This document shows, piece by piece, positions 52,413-64,000 of a stretch of DNA of 64,000 nt. The position numbers were made by a program, and so were the translations under genes. The notes under the pieces were generated by a model, which saw only the letters and a program-made list of their open reading frames with translations, did not search any database and had not been told where the DNA came from. The DNA comes from Octopus vulgaris. Its lineage: Eukaryota. Numbering within the stretch: the first letter of the stretch is position 1; every line of letters starts with the position of its first letter. The stretch spans positions 52,018,001-52,082,000 of the forward strand of contig OX597821.1 in the NCBI GenBank assembly GCA_951406725.2. Direction: 5' to 3'.

Positions 52413-52443
<31 letters not shown>

Positions 52444-53123
52444 ATCTGTGTGTGCATGTGTATGTGCGCGCGTGTGTCTGAGTGTGCGTGTGTGTGAGGA
52501 CTATATGTGAGAGTGTTTGAGCGTGGGCATGCATGCCTGTACACGTGTCGGTGCATGTACGGATGCACGTACGTGTACGTATGCGTGTCTCTATGTGATT
52601 GCTTTGCAATATATCTTTCCTTGTCGTTCGGTGCTGAAATAATCTCCGCCGCCGCCGCCGCCGTCACCACCACCACCGCCACCATTGTTGTTGTTGCAGC
52701 AGCCGTTGCTGCTGTTATTGTTGTTTCTGTCGCTAATGTCGTTGTCATTACAGTTTCTTTGGTTGTTGTTGTTGTTGTTTTTCAATTACCAAGTTAAAGC
52801 GCTATGCATTGCTAGTTATTCCTTGTTGCTGCTAAGTAAATAAGGAAGCACAGTGGTAATGTAATCTGATGGTTTGTAAATCTGGCAGAAATGCAATCTC
52901 CCGACTTTTAAGGGAAGGTGATGGTGAGATTTTGTAATCTGGCTTTCTTTGTTTATCATGCACTCATCTAACACTGGCCGCATCACACAACTGATATTTC
53001 ATAGCGAAGAAGACACACGCACACACACACAAACATAGTTACCCAAACACAGACCTGTGTGTATGTATATATATATATGTGTGTGTGTTTGTGTATATAT
53101 ATATATATATATATATATACATA

Positions 53124-53362
53124 CAGGGAAGGCCAAAAGTTATCCGACAGTAAATCAAAACTCCATAAATACTTAATATTCTATTTTATTTATTCATTCG
53201 GATTATGAATGTTTAATCATTGAATGCTGTGAGTTAAAATGAACGTTTTTCTTTCAACAATTGTCTATTTATCAGAGACGTCTCATATAAAATATTTTTT
53301 TTTGTTCTAATCTTGGAATTAAATGGGTTTTGATTTACTGTTAAATGACTTTTGGCCAACCC

Positions 53363-53364
<2 letters not shown>
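53124..53364. mobile_element. Tc1/mariner-type MITE
   Basis: TIRs ta|cagggaaggccaaaagt...acagtaaatcaaaac / gttttgatttactgt...acttttggccaaccctt|ta. Confidence 0.75.
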
Positions 53365-53439
<75 letters not shown>

Positions 53440-53454
53440 GCACGCACGCACGCA

Positions 53455-53535
<81 letters not shown>

Positions 53536-53561
53536 ATTATATGCGTATGATTATGTATGTA

Positions 53562-54398
53562 CAGAGAGCGGTAAATAAACTGTCGTTTAAATTCCGAAAA
53601 GATAAACTGACCTTACAAAAAGTTAACACTGACATCTTATTTTAACATTTTTACCAAAATTACATAAAAATATCTTGAAATACTAAATAGTAAAATTTTT
53701 CAATAAAATCGCCATTGGCTATAACTACGGTCTCCAGATAACTTCAGAATCTCTTGCAACTCTTCTGGACGGTCTCCTTGTTTAAGTTGGAGAATGCTGC
53801 CATAACCGTTGCCTTCAGTTCATCTTTGGTGTTGCAAGGTGTTTCGTTGGTCTCTCGCTCAACTGCGTCCCACACATAATAATCAAGTCTAAGGAGTTAG
53901 ATGGCCAGATGTTAGTGGTGATGTGGTCGCAGAAATTATCTGACAGCCATGACTGGGTTCTTCTGCTTGCGTGGTATGGTGCAGAGTCCAGTTGCCAGAC
54001 ATTGGGTCTTCCAGCAACCACCCCCTTGACCCAGGGCAGAGCTACCTCCTCCAGGTACTTGATGTGGGTCACCGTGTTGAGTCTGAGGCCGTGTGGGAAG
54101 ATGAATAGAGGCATAACGTCACCATCACTAGTGATCACTCCAAAGAACTATCATGTTGATTGGATGTTTGATTGTTATCAGATTGATACCCAAACATTCT
54201 GAAATGTTCGGATTGGAGCTTCCGGCACAAATGCCATGCAGTACAGCATGTCGTTTCAAAATTTCTGGCCGAGTGAATTGCGTCATGGTTCTGTATTTCT
54301 CACAGACGGTGCCCAACAGACCCTACTATACAAAATCAAAAACAATGTGCGTGTGCGATTTTAAACATATAAAATGGCGACAATTTACCCATCGCACC

Positions 54399-54401
<3 letters not shown>
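53562..54401 (-). mobile_element. Deleted Tc1/mariner element, maT (DD37D)-like
   Basis: Imperfect TIRs (ca..g.gcg.t...taaa.tgtcg) with TA flanks; remnant protein ITSDGDVMPLFIFPHGLRLN...WQLDSAPYH...WPSNS resembles Bmmar1/maT transposases. The D37D spacing cannot be confirmed because of deletions. Confidence 0.8.
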
Positions 54402-54449
<48 letters not shown>

Positions 54450-54583
54450 CATGCTTATATCTATATAAATATACATATTTTACATGTGTGAATATATATG
54501 TATGTATATACAATATATATAACATATACTCATATATACACACATTTATATCTATACATGTAGATAAATACACACATCTACAC

Positions 54584-54633
<50 letters not shown>

Positions 54634-55155
54634 GGTGAGTCAAAAGTAACTCCCAACTAATCGCTTAATGAAAAATACATCTTTCAGAATTCCTAATAAT
54701 TCTGCCACCCACAAAAGAACCCCCCCCCACAAAAAACAAAAACAAAACAAACAAACAAACATTTCTTTTAATCATTTGCCTAACATTTAACCTAAGGTAT
54801 ACTTAAGAATAAGAAAAATCAGTGAAACAACGATTGATTATATATATTGCAGAATTTAATTGTGAATCTATGAGTTCGAATCTCACAGTAGTCGTCGCTT
54901 TCTTATTTTTTTAATTTTAATGCTACCAATATCAATATATACAATATATATTACTCGCATTCTCTTCAATTGATTATATAATTTCAATGGGAAGATTATC
55001 AGCAACAGTAGAGCGCATTAACATCTTGTTATCGATTGTCTCGTGTCTGTCCACACACTCAACGTATATTGAACTTTCGCTTTGTGATGAGAAATCGAAG
55101 AATTTAAGGAACGTGACTCAACAGAAGAGCATAAGGGAAAAATTATCAATAATTG

Positions 55156-55213
<58 letters not shown>

Positions 55214-55336
55214 CTGTATGTGTATGTGTATGCATGTAGGCATGTGTGTATATACATACATTTATGTGTATATACATATGTATATCAATAAATATAGATA
55301 TAAAATACATGCACATATGTAATACACACGCATATG

Positions 55337-55404
<68 letters not shown>

Positions 55405-56149
55405 TAATACATATACTCACATACACGCACACATATGTCCACATTAAGTAAGATACACAGAATGCTAGTTTGAACGAATGCAGCTTTCGTCGTTAATAAC
55501 GAATGTGTGTGTGTATGTGTGTGTGTATGAGTGTGTGTGTATGTGTGTGTCGTGTGTATACATATATGAAAGTACGTATGTATGCATGCATGTATGTAAA
55601 ATAGATACATTCACAGGTGTTCACTCGTGTACATAAACATACACTTGACTGTGCTCCTATTGTCCGTGGGAGGCCATCAGTGAATGAAGGCAGCGATGTC
55701 CATGAAGAATTTGCCCAATAATAACAAAATGCACAACACCTCATAGACCCTCGCCACCCTTTCAGATGATTCGTGACTAGTCTTAGTTAAATATCTGGTG
55801 ACAATAAAAATCGAAAGATTGGGAATATGGGAGAATCATATTCGTCCGCGGTCTCTGAAAATTTCTCAAATTGCTCAAGACTTTTGTTTGCTCAACATGT
55901 TTTAACCCTCTTGGAACACCCAGGCCGATTGATCGGCCCAAGTGATACAAGCTGATAGGACTTTGAAGTCGATCCATCGGCCCGATGGGACAAATATTGT
56001 GAATAGTTGGGTTTGAAGTGTAATAGCTAATCAGAGATGGTCTTACAGTAAATGTTTCTCCATAGAAGAAAAAAATTTGGTCTTTTTGGTCTTTTTGGTT
56101 ATGCATACCAAAACACCGAGTGTCACAAGCGTCTTAATGCAGAATTGGG

Positions 56150-56528
56150 AAGCACTCCGCCGGTTACGACGATGAGGGTTCCGGTTGATCTGAATCAACG
56201 GAACAGCCTGCTCGTGAAATTAACGTGTAAGTGGCTGAGCACTCCACTGATACGTGCACCCTTAACGTAGTTCTCGGGGATATTCAGCGTGACACAGAGA
56301 GTGACAAGGCCGGCCCCTTGAAAAACAGGTACAACAGAAATAGGAAGTAAGAGTGAGAGAAAGTTGTGGTGAAAGAGTACAGCAGGGATCACCACCCCTG
56401 CCGGAGCCTCGTGGAGCTTTTAGGTGTTTTCGCTCAATAAACACTCACAACGCCCGGTCTGGGAATCGAAATCGCGATCCTATGACCGCGAGTCCGCTGC
56501 CCTAACCACTGGGCCATTGCGCCTCCAC
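56150..56528 (-). mobile_element. tRNA-derived SINE family C
   Basis: Head gtggaggcgcaatggcccagtggttagggcagcggactcgcgg...ttcgattccc; 3' part shared with copies at 15061-15381 and 30345-30668. Confidence 0.8.
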
Positions 56529-57186
56529 TTAATGCAGAATAACCTTCTCCCGAAGATATGCTTTGAAGAAAGCTTAAGTGCCTTCCTTTCAATCATTTAT
56601 AATGTGCCAGACTCATACACACGCACGGCCCCATACACATGCTCACACAAACATACGCTCGCGCGCGCTCGCACGCGTATACAAATGCATACTCTTACAC
56701 TGACACACATACTCACACACGTCCACTGGATGTACGTAGCAGTACTCCTATGTGGGTTTTGCTTGTCCTAGAAGGTAAGCAACTGAGTATTAATGAAGTA
56801 TTCTCTAAAACCCTTTGTGATGCAGCATCGGTAATGTTATATTAGATGCAGAGTGGTACTTGTGGAGACCGTAGATCCGTATATGAAAATATAAAACCAA
56901 ACAAATGGTTATATGAGAGACGATGAAACACCATGAGTTTAAAACCTGTTTCCTATACTTTCTTTGTCAGCATGCCATTATCAACAACTGAAGAGTTATT
57001 TATATTGCTTAGTGGAGAAATAAAATATAAGATATACATATATTTAACCTTCCTGTTTCCCTCTCTGTCTCTCAGTCTCTCTCTGTGTCGCTGTATGTCT
57101 TTCTGTCTCTCTCTCTCTATGTGTGTGTTTGCCTGTACACACATACCTACCTACCTACATACACACACATATATTCATGCAAACAC

Positions 57187-57221
<35 letters not shown>

Positions 57222-57353
57222 CATATATACATACATGCATGTATGCTAATGTGCGTGTACTGAATAACTGTTTAACTTAGCTCCCTATGACATAAGTTTT
57301 CTTGTGCACGTAGGAAGGATACATCTCATCAGATATCTAAAGCAGGAGGGTTG

Positions 57354-57399
<46 letters not shown>

Positions 57400-57452
57400 G
57401 TGCATATATATGTATATGTTTGTGTGTGTGTGTTTATGTATATATACATATA

Positions 57453-57918
<466 letters not shown>

Positions 57919-58916
57919 AGTGTATATATATATATATATATGTAAGTGTGCACAAATATTCATATATTCATATATTCATACAAACATGCGTACACACGCA
58001 TAAACACACACAGACGTACGTAAAACATGCCTTATATGCCTATGTATATCCTGAAAACTACATTCGTATCATAAGACCTCAAATCACACCATACTACAGT
58101 CACGATCCCCAACAGAGCAACTGTTAACCATTTCAAGTAAGATCCAGAGAGAAATCAATAATGTATGGTTACCCCACCACTTTTCACTATTTTCACTGCA
58201 ACTATAACAACAAAAATTAAAGACGATCTACTCTCAAGAAACACAATTATCTCCAGAACAGACGACAGACAAATCTTGCTTCCCCTGAGCACTCACACAA
58301 GTCATCTCCGAGTTTTTTCATTACGTTTTCTAATATCAACCCACCCAATGCCGCCTCTGCTTCTCTGATGCAAACTTCGTTATTAAAGTGATCTAAATTA
58401 AAACTTTTCTTCAAAATTTTATGTTATGTTCCAAACACAAGGTTGATAAAGACAAATTGCTTTGATAAATTCTTTATTATTTTCAAAATGAAATGAAACA
58501 AAGATACATCAGTGTTACGTATTTCTCAGGAAAACCATTTGTAACAGATCCTGTCTGACTTCATGTGTATACAGGAAACTTGGACAATCATTTCAAAGAT
58601 GACCCAGGTCATCTGCCAACCATTACCAACCGACACAAACCAGACAGTGTCATTAATTCAACTTCGCGTTACAAACCCGGAAAACGGAGGCCAAATTCCG
58701 TGTCTTCGAAGTCATTTCACTATCTATGCTGATGACGAAATTGAATATTGTCTTAAATACGCTAGGAAAACTTTAGATATCTCCAAATAAGAGTATTTCA
58801 CGTTTGCGACAATCGAGCTGGCATCAAAATGTTAGTGTACAGAACAATAGTCTTTTTACATACCTATTTACATATCAGTCTTAATAGTCACATCTGTTTG
58901 TCTATGTATGTATACA

Positions 58917-58973
<57 letters not shown>

Positions 58974-59303
58974 GTACATACACACATATATATATATACG
59001 TACATACATACATATATGTACATACATATATATACGTACATACATATATATACGTACATACATATATATATGTACATATATATATATATGTACATACATA
59101 TATATATGTACATACATATATGTATGTACATACATATATGTACATATATATATATATATATACACATACGCATATATATACATACATATATATGTACATA
59201 CATATATATATGTACATACATATATATATATATATATATACATACATATATACATATATATACATATATACACATATACATATATATATCATAATATACA
59301 TGT

Positions 59304-59372
<69 letters not shown>

Positions 59373-59884
59373 CATTTTATCTTTGCTTTCTACTTTACTC
59401 ACACACATACCTGCAACGTCTATTTCAGTCTCTTCCTCTTTACTTTGCCTTACTTTTGCCTTCTTCCCAATATCTTTCTCTCTCGTTCCCTCCTTAATAT
59501 TTTACTTCTTCCTTCGTTCTGACTTTCTGTCTGTTCTTCTCTCGTCTCCATTCCTACAGTACATTTTCATTTTCCCCTGCGTTACCCATATCTACCTATC
59601 TTGCAGCCGCACTGCTTTTTTCGTTGTATATGTATATTTTATTTTGTTGTGTTTGCTTTCGTCATTGTCCTGTACATTCGTTAGTTATTCCCAATTACTT
59701 TTCGCTACTGGCACCACCAAAAGCGAACAATATCAACGCTAAAGGCGTGAAATTTTAATGATCTCTTGAACGTTGACTAATAAGGAATAAGCTACTGATT
59801 TTCTGTTTGTTAGGTTTTGTAAAATTTTTCGTTTGTTGTGTTTTTGTTAAATTTTTGACATACATACATACATACATACGTATA

Positions 59885-60772
59885 TTGCAATCCGGAAAAA
59901 AAATGAAATATCAACCAAATACCTAATGCGCAAAAGGGACAGAATCATGGGAAAAACAGTAAAATGTAACAACCGATCCGGACTTTGTGGAGATAACACC
60001 GTAGATATCACCCACATCATATGCAGAAATGTCATCACGGTATTATCTACCGAAGCGATATGATGTTGCAGCTAGGATACTGTATAGCGAGATACGTCGA
60101 AAGGATAACTCCGAGGGAAAAGAAATAAGAAGCCACAGTATGGTAGAAGCCATAGTCACTCATAATAAAGAGGAGTACTTGGTGGAATGTCCCAGTGAAA
60201 ACCTCAATAAAATATAAACACAATAGAACTGATATAATGATTTGGGACAGAGAAGAGAAACTGTGTACAATTGTGGAAATCAGCTACCCAGGAGATGTTA
60301 ACATAAAACTGAAGATCAGTGTAAAAGAGAATACCTACGCTGAACTATTGAGAAATCTTTCCAGATTACAAGTTCAGGTTTATACCTGTAATCATTGGGG
60401 CACTGGGATATGTAATACACTGCCTAAATACTAATCGTGAGAAATTGGGCTTCTCAAAACCAGAAAAGAGAAAGCTGATCACCAGAACTGTAAAAACCTG
60501 TGAAACTTTCCAAAAGTTTATCATTTAAGTATATATGAACATGTCTAGATATGCAAGTATATGCATGAGAAGTTATACATAAAACAAAACATACAAATCT
60601 GCACGTGTACATACATACACACAAACATACATACAAACATACATACATACGTAAGTACATACATACATACCCATTCGTTGATGTTGAAATTCCAATGAAT
60701 GAGCCTTCGATCTAGGTTAGAAACCGACTCTTTCTCTATTAGCAAGAAATCTTGAATGAAACAGAATGATGA
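59885..60772 (+). mobile_element. RLE-type (R4/NeSL-like) non-LTR retrotransposon 3' fragment
   Basis: Degenerate zinc knuckle (LCGDNTVDITHII), RYDVAAR, HNRTDIMIWDREEKLCTIVEISYP (PD..D/E.K region) and IPVIIGALG; (CATA)n on both sides. Confidence 0.8.
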
Positions 60773-61219
60773 CATGCATTCATACATACATACAAACACA
60801 CACACACGTAATACATACAAACATACACACACACGCACATACATACATGCATGTATGCGTACATACATACATACATATGGATATGATTTTATACCCTCAC
60901 TTTATATATTTGTTTACCGACACACGTGTTAACACAACTCTCTATGAACAGTAGACTATTGTTCCATCTTTGATGAAGATCTAGCAGGAGTACATCGCCT
61001 AATCATGTTGATCTAAATGTTTCTGTCAACAGAGAGATATAACGTATGATATAATCACTTGATTACTTTTCATTGCGTTGCTAATTGTACGTTTATTAAA
61101 TACGTAATTTACGTTTTAAATTATGCAAGAAATATACTTAATGGGTTACGAATAAATTACTGAGTATATTCGAGCTATTCATATAAATACACACACACGC
61201 ACACACTGGCGTTTATATT

Positions 61220-61329
<110 letters not shown>

Positions 61330-61472
61330 GTCCTCTCTCCCTCCCCTCCCCCCTCATTCTATGTATGGATTTATATTCGTATATATTATAAACGTTATGT
61401 GTATTGTATACGTCTTTGTGTCTGTGTGTATGTGCATGGATGTTCAGATGCATAAATTGATACGCGGATATA

Positions 61473-62283
61473 CAGCGTGCGATGGGTAAATTGTCGTGTA
61501 TTTTATATTTTTAATTTCGCGCATTCGCATCATTTTTTATTTATTTCGTTGACTACACAGTATAGTAGGGTCAGTTGGGCACCGTCTATGAGAAAAAAAG
61601 TATCATGACGCAACTCACTCGGCCAGAAATTTTGAAACCACATGCTGTAGTGCATGGGATTCGCACCGGAAGCTCCAATACGAACATTTCAGAGTGTCTC
61701 AGGACATGTACCAAGAGTGGTAAAAATCAAACATCCAATAAACATCATAGTGTTTGGAGTGATCACTTGTGATGGTGACGTTATGCCTCCTTTCATCTTC
61801 CCAAACGGCCTCAGACTCAACATGGAGGCCCACATCAAGTGCCTAGAGGAGATAGTGCTGCCCTGGGTCGAGAGGGTGGCTGCTGGAAGACCCTATGTTT
61901 AGCAGAAGAACCCAGTCATGACTGTTAGAAAATTTCTGCGAGCACATCACCCATAACATCTGGCCATCTAACTCTCCAGAATGCACTTCTTTTATTATGT
62001 GTGGGGCGCAGTTGAGCGAGAGACCAACAAATCTTGTAACACCAAATATGAACTGAAGGCAAGGGCTATTCTCCAACTTAAACAAGGTGACCGTCCAGAA
62101 GAGTTGCAAGAGATTGTGAAGTCGTCTGAAGGCGTGGTTGAGGCCAGTGGCGATTTTATTGACTAAATTTACTCTTTATTATTTCAAGATATTTTTATAT
62201 AATTTTGGTAAAAATGTTAAAATGAGATGTGAGTCTTATTTTCATATTTGCGTAATTGAGACGACAGTTTATTCATCGCACTC

Positions 62284-62285
<2 letters not shown>
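61473..62285 (+). mobile_element. Second copy of the maT-like element
   Basis: TIRs cagcgtgcgatgggtaaattgtcg / cgacagtttattcatcgcactctg; KHPINIIVFGVITCDGDVMPPFIFPNGLRLN...YYVWGAVERETNK. Confidence 0.8.
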
Positions 62286-62319
<34 letters not shown>

Positions 62320-62320
<1 letters not shown>

Positions 62321-62695
62321 CTCTATATATAAACCGCAGTTTGTCTGTGCGTGTTTCTGTGCGTCTGTTTGCTTGTACCCTCACCCTGACCACGGCTTTC
62401 AACCGATTCTGATGAAACTTGACACACACATAGCCCAATGTCATAATTCAAAACTAACGCAGCGAAAATTTTGAAAAGTTCCCCCAGTTCTGAAAAAAAT
62501 CGATAAATTCGACATGGGGTCGAGAATCAGAAACACAAACCGCAAACTAGGGGACGCAACTCCACCTTTTTAACTAAAAAAAAAATTTACCATCATTTTT
62601 TTCCATTTTTTTGCTATTTTTTGGCTATAACTCTCTAAAAATGCTTTATAGTTATTTCCCTTACAAACCTGAGCAACGCCGGGCGATACTGCTAG
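62320..62695 (+). mobile_element. Non-autonomous Helitron, second copy
   Basis: A|TC...cctgagcaacgccgggcgatactgCTAG|T; highly similar to the reverse complement of 50953-51338. Confidence 0.8.
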
Positions 62696-63235
62696 TATAT
62701 ATATATATATATGAGTATATACCCAAACACACACTGACATATATATATGTTCATCTATGTATACAGGTACACATAAAAATGTACATGCATAAATGTATAC
62801 ATGCAAATACATAATATTTATATTACATACATATAAGAGGGGATTGACCACTACGTGGACATCCATATGCTAGAAGTAGATCCGCTATGGTCTTACCACT
62901 AAGAAATATATATTGTAAATATATATATATATATATATACGCACTTGTAACCCGCCCCCATACATCCAAATACACACATATCTACAAATATATAAGTACA
63001 TACACAGGCGTAGATAAACTTCGATACGCACACAACCGTACATACCTGTGTGCAGAAAGCGTACAATGGAGTAATTTATTTTTCAGATTGTATTCTTACT
63101 TAATTAAAGATCTTTGTTCTCTCTGTTATATTTATCACGAAACGGCAGGATGTTAGTTTCTATTATAAAAGTTAATTGAAACTTGACATGCGCATGTACT
63201 AGCACACTATACGCTATCCCTTGCATGTCTATAGA

Positions 63236-63266
<31 letters not shown>

Positions 63267-63271
63267 CATAC

Positions 63272-63314
<43 letters not shown>

Positions 63315-63409
63315 ATGTATCTGTGTGTATGTGCACGCGTGTGTACATATACATACATATATATATATATACATGACTGTACTATATATATATATATACA
63401 TATATATAA

Positions 63410-63440
<31 letters not shown>

Positions 63441-63471
63441 CACACATAGACAGACACATACACATACAGAC

Positions 63472-63504
<33 letters not shown>

Positions 63505-63644
63505 GTATCTGTGTGTATGTACGCGCGTGTGTACATATACATACATATATATATATATATACATGACTATACTATATATATATATACATATATATAAACA
63601 CATATATATATATATACACACATAGACAGACACATACACATACA

Positions 63645-63678
<34 letters not shown>

Positions 63679-64000
63679 AGTGTGTATGTGTGTGAATGCG
63701 TGTGAATGTATGTCTATATATGTGTGTGTGTATGTGTAGCTATATATGTGTGTGTTGTCTGTGAGTGTGTGTATATGCGTATCTATATGTGTCTATGCAT
63801 ATGCATGTACGTTTATGTGCGTGTCTGTATACGTGTGTGTGTATGTATAAGAATCGAAGTATGTAGATATATTCGTGAAGTATATATACCGTTTATACGG
63901 TCATTGTTCACATAATACATGTTATATATACATACATGCATAAACATGCAGGAACATTCATATACATACATCGCACACTCAAGTAACCCCCTCCTACAGA

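Noticed and set aside
56455-56528. tRNA-like sequence with A and B boxes
   Set aside because: It continues into a SINE body shared with other copies and has no complete acceptor stem; treated as a SINE head.
58729-58740. CTGATGA immediately followed by cGAAA
   Set aside because: No room for stem II and no stem I/III pairing.

Overview
AT-rich, microsatellite- and SINE-saturated animal genomic DNA. The SINE families and repeat landscape suggest an octopus/coleoid cephalopod (inference). The only host gene I can support is a minus-strand receptor (transmembrane) guanylyl cyclase of the NPR1/NPR2 (GC-A/GC-B) type. Six phase-consistent GT-AG exons between 28596 and 3139 encode the C-terminal kinase-homology (pseudokinase) domain, the coiled-coil hinge and the start of the cyclase domain; both gene ends lie outside the window. 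The rest is intronic: mariner, maT, pogo/Tc1 MITEs, Helitrons, CR1, RTE, Tx1/L1, RLE (R4/Dong-like) and Penelope fragments, several tRNA-derived SINE families and simple repeats. Main observations: (1) a ~240-nt inverted, diverged copy of one coding exon plus its donor site, lying in the intron after the next exon, could act as an ADAR editing-complementary sequence or splicing loop; (2) a near-canonical hammerhead ribozyme sits in the loop of a fold-back element on the transcribed strand, with three further degenerate hammerheads; (3) an intronic tandem duplication creates a candidate in-frame 45-nt microexon; (4) several RLE retrotransposon fragments abut (CATA)n microsatellites. All alignments and counts were made by eye.
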